Positions 43,931 through 53,747 of a DNA stretch of 64,000 nt are shown piece by piece. This DNA is from an uncultured delta proteobacterium. GTDB lineage: Bacteria; Desulfobacterota; BSN033; UBA1163. The notes beneath the pieces are model-generated. The model worked only from the letters and a program-made list of their open reading frames with translations. It was not told the origin of the DNA and did no database searches. The position numbers and the translations under genes are program-made. The stretch is from the NCBI GenBank assembly GCA_963708295.1, contig CAVPSJ010000005.1, positions 108,356 through 172,355 of the forward strand. The letters are read 5' to 3'. Numbering within the stretch: position 1 is the first letter of the stretch; each line of letters opens with the position of its first letter.

Positions 43931-44518
43931 GTTTGTCTCCGATGAGGAATAACATGGGTTCTCTTAAGACAGTGTTGAGGAAATGGTGCCCTGCTGACAC
44001 TTTTGATCGGAACTCCGCAGGAGGATAGACGGTTGGATTGATCTCCCGGTTAATGGTGCTCTGGGCCTCGGTGAAGGGCTGACACAATCTCGGCAAATGT
44101 CGCCTCACCCACGACCAAGAGGTCTACGTCGCTCCCTCTGTGTTCCTCGCTGCGAGCGATGGATCCATAGATAGCGGCAATGCGAATGCGATCGGCTAAA
44201 GGCGCCAGGGCAGCCTGTAACGATGCCTGCGATGCCAACCGTTTTCATCACCAGGGCCTTGAGTTCTGCAAATACAGGACACTGAGGATTTGCCTGGTAA
44301 TAAACCTGCCGACCACGAACGATGCGCTGGATAATCCCGGCGTCTGAAAGCTGCTTTAATTCTCTCTGCACTGCACCCAGCCCGACTCCGGCGGCACGAA
44401 CGATTTGGCGCAGATAAAAAGCATCGTCGACATGGCTGTAGAGTAAAGAGAGAACAGCCCGGCGGGTCTTACCAAACAGGGTCTTAGATAGGTTATCGCT
44501 GTCAGGCAATGTACTCAT
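43890..44518 (-). CDS. wHTH-minimal nucleotidyltransferase (MNT) antitoxin (frameshifted)
   Basis: LFGKTRRAVL...YLRQI...AVQREL wHTH; YGSIAR...SDVDLLVVG; REINP. Confidence 0.85.
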
Positions 44519-44552
44519 TGTGGGTACGATTGTACCTCTTTTAGGTACGATT
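44511..44552. promoter_or_regulatory. probable autoregulatory operator of the MNT-HEPN module
   Basis: GTACTC-N5-GGGTAC and GTACCT-N5-AGGTAC palindromes overlapping the start codon. Confidence 0.55.
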
Positions 44553-44661
44553 TTCAAGGTTTTCCTCATCCACCCTTGCCGTTATTAAAAGCGTGGCCGT
44601 GACTCGTGCCACCTCTGGGCTGCCCTTGCATTTAAAAAAGAATGTGTCCAGGCACTCTTCA

Positions 44662-44841
44662 CTAATTCCCTTCACCCTTCAACTGTTCTGGCGTGCGTTC
44701 CTGTAACCACAGCTTGCAGATGTTTTTCCAACCGATGCGACGATACTTTTTGAAAACTGCCTTCAACTCGTTCAGGTCCTTGGCTTCGTGAAGGTCCTTC
44801 TGGGCTGATTTCAAATCTTCAGGAGATGCAATCGCTGGCAT
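44662..44841 (-). CDS. 59-aa hypothetical microprotein, copy B
   Basis: MPAIASPEDLKSAQKDLHEAKDLNELKAVFKKYRRIGWKNICKLWLQERTPEQLKGEGN; SD GAGG. Confidence 0.8.
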   Translation of the reverse strand: MPAIASPEDLKSAQKDLHEAKDLNELKAVFKKYRRIGWKNICKLWLQERTPEQLKGEGN

Positions 44842-45091
44842 GTTTTCTCAACCTCTCGCATAGCGCAGAGCGCATAGCGCATAGCGTAATTAAAATCGTG
44901 TCCCCCTCAACTGACTGGGGCCGAAGACGGAGTGTCCGTGGTAAATAGATAACCCTGTCGAACTAAAAATATTATTACCCTCTTTCTTACCCTTTCTTAG
45001 AGGTCATACCCTTTCTTCGCCATGGGGCGCCAGCCGCAACTGGGTATCAGGTCTACACTCTACACTACCGCCCACCTTTCAATTGAGTCTT

Positions 45092-46255
45092 TTATGAAAG
45101 GGCAGATAACAGCTTTTCTATCGACAATGCCTTTACGCCGGGGCGAAGCGCCGAGATGGACTCCTTTCCCTTCGAAGGCCGATAGATAAGAAATCGATCG
45201 ACCTTATAATTGGATACCACTTTTGACAGACGACTAAGAGACTCCGCTGTCTCAGGCCAAACGGTCCGGGAGGCTTTGGCCTCAAGGAGGATAAGTTTAT
45301 GGTCCCCCCCGGGAACCAAAAAATCCACCTCAAGGCCTTGCTGATCCCTAAAATAATAGAGCTCTCTTGCTCTTCCCGAATTCATTTGTCGTTTGATGAT
45401 TTCCGACGCAACGAATCCTTCAAAAATAGCCCCCAGAAACGTAGAGCGGTTCAACATCTTTTCAGACTCGATTCCCAGTAAGTGGCAAACAAGACCTGAA
45501 TCGAAAAAATAGAGTTTTGGCGATTTGATAAGCCGTTTCCCAAAATTTTCGTAGAAGGGAGGTACAAGAATGATTTGAGAGGTAATTTCAAGAATGTTCA
45601 ACCATTCGGAAATCGTTGGTACCGTCACCCCGAGAGGAGCAGCTAAATCCGTGCGATTCAGGATTTGTCCACAGCGGCTCGCTAAGAGCGATAGAAAACG
45701 GCGAAATGTTGCCAGATCCCGTATGGAGCTGATGGCCCGAACATCTCTCTCCAAATAGGTCTGGATATATGACCGAAACCACGTCTGAGAGACCGAAGGA
45801 TGAGCGAGGACTTCTGGGAATCCTCCACTCAAGAGAGAAACCTTGGGGGTCTCCAAAACAGAAAGTGTCAACAGATGAAACACAGCGGCTCGACCTGCCA
45901 TCGATTCAGTGGCCCCTTTCATGAAGGGAGACTCCTGGGACCCCGTGAGCAACCATTGGCCCTTCTTATTCGGGAATCGGTCAATCTGAGTTCTTACATA
46001 GCTAAGGATTTCTGGAACATTCTGAATTTCGTCAAGAATGGCAGGAGGGCGAATTTCCTCAATAAAGGAATGAGGGTCTGCACGGAGGCGTGCAATGATG
46101 TCCGGATCTTCCAGCAAATAATACTGGGCTTTGGGGAAGAGCTTTCTGAGGAGGGTAGTTTTCCCTGCTCGTCGGGGACCTGTGAGAATCAGCCCCGAAA
46201 AATGTTTCGTAGCTAAAAGGAGTTCTGATTCAATCTGTCGGGGGATGTATTTCAT
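45092..46255 (-). CDS. AAA+ ATPase with DUF4143
   Basis: GPRRAGKTT, LDEIQ, LTGS, ESMAGR, GGFPE, TYLERD, KSPKLYFFDSG, FEGFV, EVDF, EAK. Confidence 0.9.
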   Translation of the reverse strand: MKYIPRQIESELLLATKHFSGLILTGPRRAGKTTLLRKLFPKAQYYLLEDPDIIARLRADPHSFIEEIRPPAILDEIQNVPEILSYVRTQIDRFPNKKGQWLLTGSQESPFMKGATESMAGRAAVFHLLTLSVLETPKVSLLSGGFPEVLAHPSVSQTWFRSYIQTYLERDVRAISSIRDLATFRRFLSLLASRCGQILNRTDLAAPLGVTVPTISEWLNILEITSQIILVPPFYENFGKRLIKSPKLYFFDSGLVCHLLGIESEKMLNRSTFLGAIFEGFVASEIIKRQMNSGRARELYYFRDQQGLEVDFLVPGGDHKLILLEAKASRTVWPETAESLSRLSKVVSNYKVDRFLIYRPSKGKESISALRPGVKALSIEKLLSALS

Positions 46256-46720
46256 CTTGAGTATTTTAAACCGTTACTTTAAATGACTCAAACGAAAAGA
46301 TAACCGGTTAAATCAACTCAGGAAGGCCTCTGGGACGTCGTTCAACTGCAAAGGTGTCAGTCTTGAAATGTGAATTAGTATTCTAATCGCCTTCACCTTT
46401 CAATTGTTCTGGGATCCTTTCCCGCATTCTTTATTGTAAAGCGTAAGTCGTCGGTCGCAAAAAAAAAGCCCATTCTTTTTGGAGAATAGGCTGTACGCAA
46501 TCCAGGATTTTTACGGAAAAGATGAGACAACTCCCACTCCTCTGTAAATCCCGCTAAGTTGCCTCACTATATCAGAAAAGCAACGCAATGACAATCACTC
46601 AACTTTTATTTTTCCGTCCTCCTGAACCCTCTGTTTAGCTTTTGACTTGACACGGCTCAGCCTCCTGGTTGCTATGAGATATTCATCTTTTAAGGGTTTT
46701 CAACTCAGTTTGCTCGTTAT

Positions 46721-46840
46721 TCATTTGTCACCCCCTTCTTTCTTGACCCACCCGAACCCTCCGCATTGACTGCAAACTTTGGTTTCTTCATGCCCATCGG
46801 ATGACTTACCCGTGCCCCTACAATATGGGCAACAGGTCAT
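46721..46840 (-). CDS. 39-aa DnaJ-type zinc-finger miniprotein
   Basis: MTCCPYCRGTGKSSDGHEETKVCSQCGGFGWVKKEGGDK has two CxxCxGxG motifs; GGAG upstream; may be the tail of a longer truncated gene. Confidence 0.65.
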   Translation of the reverse strand: MTCCPYCRGTGKSSDGHEETKVCSQCGGFGWVKKEGGDK

Positions 46841-47062
46841 CTTGTATTTCTCCGGATTAAAGCGACCGTAATGACCGATTTATCCTGAGCTTGTCGAAGG
46901 AGTCCTGCCCGGGGAGCCAGCAAACAAAAGGCCTTGCTTTATCCTGTAATTTTCTGTTCACTAATTATAGAAGAAGATGTATACTATAATTTCGAATGGA
47001 TGATGGGATAGATTTTCCCTGTTCACCTTAGAACCCACATCTTAAATCAGAAGGCCAAGATT

Positions 47063-47533
47063 ATGAAGGCAGTGAAGCATTTCGTCATGGGTGCTCTTCC
47101 CGTCCTCTGCGCCGCTCTTGTCGTTTTGGGTCATGTGGACGTGTACGCAAATGATATGCTCGTTCCGGGCGAAGAGTTGAAAAGAGGAGACTCTCTCAAA
47201 TCTGCCAACGGTCAATATAGACTCATCTTGCAACGGGATGGAAATCTTGTTCTTTACGGTCCAAGAGACCGGCTGGTATGGGCAACGAATACGCAAGGTA
47301 TCCCGGTCGTGAGATGCGTCATGCAGCCGGACGGCAACCTGGTGCTCTATATCCCCAACGACCAGTCGGTCTGGAATTCAGGTACACAGCAACGCCCAGG
47401 ATCATTTTTATGGCTCCAGAATAACGGAAACTTGGTCATTTACCAGCCTGTTTGGGGTGTGGCCAATGAACAACAGCATCGCGGGGGAGATCACCGTGAC
47501 CGAAGGGACCACGACAGGGAAGAAGACAAATAG
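47063..47533 (+). CDS. secreted bulb-type (B) lectin domain protein
   Basis: Signal peptide and three QxDxNxVxY-type motifs (QRDGNLVLY, QPDGNLVLY, QNNGNLVIY). Confidence 0.9.
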   Translation: MKAVKHFVMGALPVLCAALVVLGHVDVYANDMLVPGEELKRGDSLKSANGQYRLILQRDGNLVLYGPRDRLVWATNTQGIPVVRCVMQPDGNLVLYIPNDQSVWNSGTQQRPGSFLWLQNNGNLVIYQPVWGVANEQQHRGGDHRDRRDHDREEDK

Positions 47534-47637
47534 AGACGCTAGGATCCACAATGAAATGAGTGGCGGTTGTCTTGCAACCGAAGACGGGTAGGTGCTGCAA
47601 AGTAGCATTTGCCCCCGGAAGGGAGGAGAGAATAGCG

Positions 47638-48195
47638 GTGGAAGTCAAGGGAACAGCGATCATCACCATCCCCCCCTTCATCAAGGAACGTTTTGGCGAG
47701 TCAGGATTAAAACAATGGACAGACACCCTGACGCCGGAGGCCCGTGAGGTTTATCCAGCCTCGGTCCTGGCGAGCTCCTGGTATCCCCTGAAAGAGTTCT
47801 TAATCCAACCGCTTCGCAGGATGTGCGACCTTTTTTACGCCGGAGACCTGAAAGGTGCCCGGGAGTCGGGCCGATTCAGCGCCGATTACAGCCTCAAGGG
47901 AATATACAAGATATTCGTAAAGCTGGGTTCACCGGAGTTCATGCTGCGCCGGGCGGGCACCATCCTGCCGATCTATTACAATCCGAGCGAGATGAAGGTG
48001 GTGGAGTGCCGAAAAGGCCACGGCATCATGCAGATCACCAGGTTCCCGGATATGGATCACGTTCTGGAGATCCGCATCGCGGGCTGGATGGAACGCGCCA
48101 TTGAGATCAGCGGAGGCAAACAGCCTCAGATAAAGATCACCCGGTCATTAACGACAGGAGACTCGCTGTCGGAGTTCCTCGCCACATGGAAGTAG
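47638..48195 (+). CDS. conserved hypothetical protein (DUF2378-like)
   Basis: SD GGAGG and GTG start; VKG...WYP...GRFSA...GW pattern. Confidence 0.6.
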   Translation: MEVKGTAIITIPPFIKERFGESGLKQWTDTLTPEAREVYPASVLASSWYPLKEFLIQPLRRMCDLFYAGDLKGARESGRFSADYSLKGIYKIFVKLGSPEFMLRRAGTILPIYYNPSEMKVVECRKGHGIMQITRFPDMDHVLEIRIAGWMERAIEISGGKQPQIKITRSLTTGDSLSEFLATWK

Positions 48196-48221
48196 CCCCA
48201 TGGCCTCGTTATCCGGAAAAC

Positions 48222-48989
48222 TCATGCGATCTCTCCACCATCCACAACAATCGTATGCCCGGTAATATACGCGGATGCGTCAGAGGCCAGGAACAGAGCA
48301 GTCCCGACAAGATCAGACGTCTCAGCAAGTCTTCCAAGGGGTGTTGCAGCCTCCCGTTGAGTCCGAATATCGGGATCCATCCAATCGTTTCGGCTTAGAT
48401 CTGTTTTAACAAGACCCGGGGCGATGGCATTCACCCGTATGCCATCGTTTCCCAACTCCCGTGCCAATACACGGGCCAACATAACCACCCCGGCCTTGCT
48501 GACGCAGTAAACACCCATCCCCGAGGCCGCCTTGAACGCGTATTGAGAAGCGATGCAGACGATGACGCCCTTTTTTCGTTCAACCATCCCCTTTCCCACG
48601 GTCTGAGCGCAGAGATAGTAACCCTTGAGATTCACATTCATCACCCTATCCCATGCCTCGTCCGTCAATTCAAGAAGCGGGCCCGGAGCTGCGGTGCCGG
48701 CATTATTCAAAAGGATGTCAATCGTGCCAAATTCCCGCAACACCCGTCCGACCATTTTCTCTACATCACTTCTTTTGCTTGTATCGCCCTGGACCGCCAG
48801 AGAGCGCTTTCCCATTTTCTGAATTTCCTCGGCCACCCTCATGAGCTGGCCATCCTCTGTCGCAATATCGCAAACAGCGACATCCGCACCCGCCTGGGCA
48901 AAAGCCAAGGCAATCGCCTTTCCTATTCCTCGTCTGCCGCCGGTGATCATCGCCACCTTCCCGGCCAAAGAATGATCAAGCGCATTCAT
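48222..48989 (-). CDS. SDR-family oxidoreductase
   Basis: TGGRRGIG, NNAG, YCVSK, NAIAPG. Confidence 0.93.
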   Translation of the reverse strand: MNALDHSLAGKVAMITGGRRGIGKAIALAFAQAGADVAVCDIATEDGQLMRVAEEIQKMGKRSLAVQGDTSKRSDVEKMVGRVLREFGTIDILLNNAGTAAPGPLLELTDEAWDRVMNVNLKGYYLCAQTVGKGMVERKKGVIVCIASQYAFKAASGMGVYCVSKAGVVMLARVLARELGNDGIRVNAIAPGLVKTDLSRNDWMDPDIRTQREAATPLGRLAETSDLVGTALFLASDASAYITGHTIVVDGGEIA

Positions 48990-49004
48990 TTCCCGCCCTC
49001 CTAT

Positions 49005-49478
49005 TCACCCCTCCGGGGCCTCTTTTAGAATTTGGGTAAGCTCGTCAAGGAAGCCCGATTGCCCTTTTATTATTTTCTCCCTTGCGACCGGGATGGAGAA
49101 CCAACCCGCTCGATCCACTTCCGGGAATTCCTGTTGTCTTTCGGACCGCGGAGGCCATTCCATCAAGAAGGTATTACTCTTGATCGCTGAGGCATCGCCA
49201 TCCCCCTCAAAAGCCCACGCGCTGATGATCTTGCCGCTCGGCTGCTTTCGGGGAGTCAGAGGGATGAATTCACCCGAGGCCTTAAAACTCGTCTCTTCCT
49301 GGAACTCGCGTTTGGCCGCCTCGAGCGGATCTTCCCCGGGCATATATTCTCCTTTGGGAATCGACCAGGAGCCCGCATCCTTCTTTTGCCAAAAGGGTCC
49401 ACCCGGGTGAACCAGGAAAACTTCAAGGGCCCCGCGACGGCGTCGATACATCAGCAATCCTGCACTCTTCTTAGGCAT
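49005..49478 (-). CDS. NUDIX hydrolase
   Basis: LVHPGGP, WSIPKGE...AAKREFQEET, FPEVDRAGWF. Confidence 0.9.
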   Translation of the reverse strand: MPKKSAGLLMYRRRRGALEVFLVHPGGPFWQKKDAGSWSIPKGEYMPGEDPLEAAKREFQEETSFKASGEFIPLTPRKQPSGKIISAWAFEGDGDASAIKSNTFLMEWPPRSERQQEFPEVDRAGWFSIPVAREKIIKGQSGFLDELTQILKEAPEG

Positions 49479-49749
49479 AGGAGCGGGTTTCTTAACTTAA
49501 AAATTAAGTCCTCCGGTCACCCTTATGGATCGACCACAAAGGGAAGCAAGGTATCCAGATATTCAGGATGCCCCCGCGTCGCGTGAACTCTCTTCCCCTT
49601 TCACCTATTCCTATACCATACCCGGCGGGTTTAAGGAAGATTGGATAATCGTCGAGCGACGGGTGATAACCGGATGGTTGACCAGCCCGGAGCTTATGGT
49701 AAACTAGGTGAAGGGTACGAGACGGAGTGAGGGAGCGCCGGGAGAAACG

Positions 49750-50925
49750 ATGAAACAAAGCGCATCGACGCCTTTCGTCAAAACAATCATGACTGAATTT
49801 GCCCGCCTGACCGGTCTGTCACCCGCAAGCAGTGCACCGCGGCGCTACTTATGGACGGACGCATTTGCAGTCTGCAACTTCCTCGGCCTCTATCAAGAGA
49901 CCGGGGACGAGGCGTTCAAGGGTCTGGCGCTGCAGCTCGTGGATCAGGTCCACCGCACACTGGGCCGCCACCGCGGAGACGACTCGCGGACCGGCTGGAT
50001 CAGCGGCCTCGATGAGGAACAGGGGAGGAAACATCCTACCCGGGGCGGATTGAGAATAGGCAAACCGTTGCAGGAACGTGGACCCACCGATCCTTTCGAC
50101 GAAAGTCTGGAATGGGACCGGGATGGGCAGTACTATCATTATCTGACGAAGTGGATGCATGCCCTCAACCGCGTCAGCAGGGTCACCGGGGATATCCAGT
50201 ACCATACGTGGGCGGTGGAGCTTGCGAAAACCGCCCATGCCGCATTCGTCTACGCTTCCCGCCGGGGGGGTTCAAAAAAAATGTACTGGAAGATGAGCAT
50301 CGACCTCTCCCGCTCTCTCGTGCCGTCCATGGGGCAACACGATCCTCTGGACGGATTCGTCACTTACAGCGAACTTCAGGCGACTGGAGCAAAAAAGGAC
50401 GAAGAACTTAACGAAACGGATCTTCGCGCCGAGATTCTTGACATGGTTCCTATTTGTCAAGGAAGGAGCTGGGTCACCGAGGACCCGCTCGGCATCGGAG
50501 GCCTTCTGTTTGATGCCTTCAGAGTGGCCCAATTGATGGCCCGCGGAGATCTTGAACAGCCCGACCTGCTGGAGACTTTACTGGAGTCTTCTCTGATCGG
50601 CTTGGAATCCTTTGTGATGGAGAATTCTCTGAAGCTCCCCGCGGGTTACCGCCTTGCCTTTCGGGAATTGGGGCTGTCCATCGGACTGCGGGCCGTCGAA
50701 AAGATTCGAGGGCGGATTGAGCAAGAATCCACGCCTCTGAGGAATAAAGAGTCGCTCCGTTCGCGGCTGGAGATCCTCGCCAGGTATGCAGGGCTGCGGG
50801 AAATCATCGAGAAGTTCTGGCTCGAGGGGGCGAACAGGGAAGCCGGCAGCTATGCAGCACATCATGACATCAATGAGGTGATGCTGGCAACAAGCCTGTC
50901 TCCGGATGGATTCTTAGAGCTCTAA
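49750..50925 (+). CDS. conserved hypothetical protein
   Basis: Long ORF with motif-like blocks RYLWTDAFAV, GGLRIGK, DGQYYHYLTKWM, WKMSIDLS, DPLG, RLAFRELGL, DINEVM. Confidence 0.75.
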   Translation: MKQSASTPFVKTIMTEFARLTGLSPASSAPRRYLWTDAFAVCNFLGLYQETGDEAFKGLALQLVDQVHRTLGRHRGDDSRTGWISGLDEEQGRKHPTRGGLRIGKPLQERGPTDPFDESLEWDRDGQYYHYLTKWMHALNRVSRVTGDIQYHTWAVELAKTAHAAFVYASRRGGSKKMYWKMSIDLSRSLVPSMGQHDPLDGFVTYSELQATGAKKDEELNETDLRAEILDMVPICQGRSWVTEDPLGIGGLLFDAFRVAQLMARGDLEQPDLLETLLESSLIGLESFVMENSLKLPAGYRLAFRELGLSIGLRAVEKIRGRIEQESTPLRNKESLRSRLEILARYAGLREIIEKFWLEGANREAGSYAAHHDINEVMLATSLSPDGFLEL

Positions 50926-50970
50926 ATCCCCCGGCGGCGAAGCGAGTCCTGTCTTACGGGCCGATTCTGT

Positions 50971-50999
50971 TTGACATCCGACCCCATTTTTCTTATATT
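50971..50999 (+). promoter_or_regulatory. sigma70-type promoter of the Mo-enzyme gene
   Basis: TTGACA-17 nt-TATATT. Confidence 0.7.
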
Positions 51000-51140
51000 C
51001 AATTCACCCGAAAGCAAATTCTTGCCAATAGTTCCAACACTTTTCAGGGGTAGTCGGTTCCACTGAAAGACCCAGAGTCTAATGCCCAAAATCAATCCCT
51101 TCGAAATTGGACCATCTCAGCTTCAAAAGAGGATAAGACC

Positions 51141-53650
51141 ATGTCAGAAGAAATATTTACCAATTGCACGGTGGGCGGCCCGATACTGGTCCATGTCAAG
51201 GATGGCAAAATCATACGTATCCGGCCTCTTGTCCTGAATGAAACGGATGCTCCTTCGTGGACCATCCGAGCCAGAGGGAAGCAGTTTACGCCACCGCGTA
51301 AAACGACCATTGCTCCATTTACTGTTGCTGAAAGGATGCGTGTCTACTCTGAAAACAGGATCAAGTATCCCGATGAAGCGGATAGGCTTTGACCCCAAGG
51401 GAGACAGACATCCTGAAACCCGGGGTTCCGCAGGGTACGAACGGATTTCTTGGGATCAAGCCTTAGATCTCGTTGCCGGCGAGATTCAAAGGATTCAACA
51501 GACCTACGGCAAAGAATCCATTACGGGAACACGATCATCCCATCACAACTGGGGCAATCTTGGCTATCATTTTAGCGTCTACTTCAGATTCATGCATATG
51601 CTTGGTTTTACCTTCATAGAGAATAACCCTGACAGCTGGGAGGGATGGTACTGGGGGGCTGCCCATGCCTACGGTTTCTACTGGAGGCTGGGCATGCCAG
51701 AGCAGTATGACCTCCTTGAAGATGCCTTGAAAAATACGGAGTTGGTCATCCACTGGAGTTCAGACCCCGATACCACTCGTGGATTATACAACGGGCAGGA
51801 ATCAGCGATCTGGCGTGTCTGGCTCAAAGAGATAGGGATCAAGCAAATCTTCATCGATCCGCATAACAACTCCACCAGTTGTATCCATGCTGATAAATGG
51901 ATTGCCCCCAGACCGGGCACGGATGCGGCGATGGCTGAGGCGATCGCCTATGTCTGGCTGACCGAAGAATACTTATGATAAGGATTATGTTGCTACCCAT
52001 ACCCTTGGCTTTGAGGAGTGGAAACGCCATATCCTTGGCAAAGGGGATGGAACACCCAGAACTCCCAAATGGGCAGAAAATATTTGTGGGGTTCCGGCAA
52101 GAGTCATCACTGCCCTGGCGAAAGAATGGGCTTCCAAGAGGACCATGCTGAATACCTTCTGTCTGGGCGGAGGCGCCTCCCGGCAGGCCTATGCCACGGA
52201 GTGGGCAAGGCTGATGGTCTACCTGCAAGCCCTGCAGGGGTTGGGTAAGCCGGGTGTGAATATCTGGACGACTGCCAATGGCGCGCCGTTTAATGGCAGA
52301 TTCAGCTTCCCGGGATACTCCTCTTTCGGCATAGATAAGTATGCTAAAAGGAGTATCGCCAGACAGACGTTAAGGAATCCCGTTACCCAGCGTCTTTACA
52401 GACCTCTCTTTGCTGATGCGGTTCTGAACCCTCCGATCAAATGGTTATTCGAAACAAAGCGTGGGACTTCGTTGGACCAATTTCACCCCTTCACTTATCC
52501 TGAAGAGGGGAAATCGGAATGCCATATGTTCTACCGGCACGGTGGCTCATTCATCGGCACCATGCTCGAGACCAACAGATGGGTCAAGGCTCTCCAAAGC
52601 CCCAAGCTGGAGTGTATCGTCGCCCAGGACTGCTGGTGGAGCAGCGAAACCAGGTTTGCGGATGTGATTCTGCCGGCCTGCACGAACCTTGAGAGAAACG
52701 ATATCAGCATGTTTGCCGAGTGCGGCGGCTATGTCCATGATACCAGTACAGGCGCCAACTATCGTATCGTGGTCTACCAGAAGAAATGCATCGAGCCTTT
52801 ATGGGAATCAAGGTCAGATTACGATATCTACGCTGACCTTGCGGGGCGGTTAGGCTTCAGGGAAGAATACACCGAAGGGAAGACCCTTGAGGATTGGATT
52901 AAGGATGCTTATGAGGACTCTTCGCTGCCTGAATACATCTCGTGGGAGGACTTCAAAAAGAAGGGCTACTTTGTTGTCCCCCTCCCTGAGGACTACAAGC
53001 CAACGCCGGCACTCAGGTGGTTCTATGAAGGGAGAGAATGTGACACCCCTGACAACAATCCGAAAAAGAACACCGAGAAGGCAAAAGAGCTTGGCACTCA
53101 CAGCGGCAAGATAGAATTTGTCTCCCAGAGCCTGAAGGCGAACTTACCCGATGACCCGGAAAGACCTCCCATGGCCCGCTATATCCCAAGCTGGGAGGGA
53201 TATCAGTCAAAACTTGCCGGCCGATACCCGTTGCAAATGATTTCCTCGCATCCGAGGTTTTCTTTTCACACCCATCATGATCATCACGTCTCCTGGCTCA
53301 ATGACATTCCCGGTCATCGTATCATGAAAGAGGGTTACAGCTGGCAGCCTGTTCGCATCCATCCCATCGATGCTGAAGCCCGCGGCATCAAGAACGGAGA
53401 TATCATCAAGCTCTACAATGACCGGGGGTCGGTACTGGGTATCGCCAAAGTGACCGAGAGGATACGACCCGGGGTGGTCCATTCGTACTGCAGTGCATCT
53501 AAATATGACCCGCTGGAGCCGGGAAAACCTTATAGCACGGATAGAGGCGGATGCGTGAATCTCCTGACTTCTTCAAGGCTGATGTCCAGAAATGTTCCCG
53601 GTATGGCGCCAAATTCCTGCCTCGTCGAGATTGCCAAGTGGGATGGATGA
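51141..53650 (+). CDS. DMSO-reductase-family molybdoenzyme, pyrogallol transhydroxylase large subunit (AthL)-like, frameshifted
   Basis: GGP..V.VKDGKIIR, ARGKQFTPPRKT, SSHHNWGN, NPDSWEGW, PEQYDLLED, HPRFSFHT, DRGGCVN. Confidence 0.88.
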
Positions 53651-53660
53651 TGAAGATCCC

Positions 53661-53689
53661 TTGACATCCCATTCTATTTTCCATATATT
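53661..53689 (+). promoter_or_regulatory. sigma70-type promoter of the TctC-like gene
   Basis: TTGACA-17 nt-TATATT; resembles the promoter at 50971. Confidence 0.7.
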
Positions 53690-53747
53690 CAACGCAACCC
53701 GAAGGGGTTCTGACCTTTATAAAATTCATGGTAAAGGAGGTAGGACG

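Larger units (their letters stand above)
28259..46920. mobile_element. genomic island at tRNA-Asn bounded by a 21-bp direct repeat
   Basis: GAGTCCTGCCCGGGGAGCCAG at 28259-28279 and 46900-46920; interior rich in TA modules, transposases and gene fragments; no integrase seen. Confidence 0.65.

Noticed and set aside
42754-44936. CRISPR array
   Set aside because: Only two to three repeat copies with very unequal, gene-sized spacing, and no cas genes
28280-46920. Integron cassette array
   Set aside because: No IntI-type tyrosine recombinase, and no convincing RYYYAAC...GTTRRRY attC sites by eye
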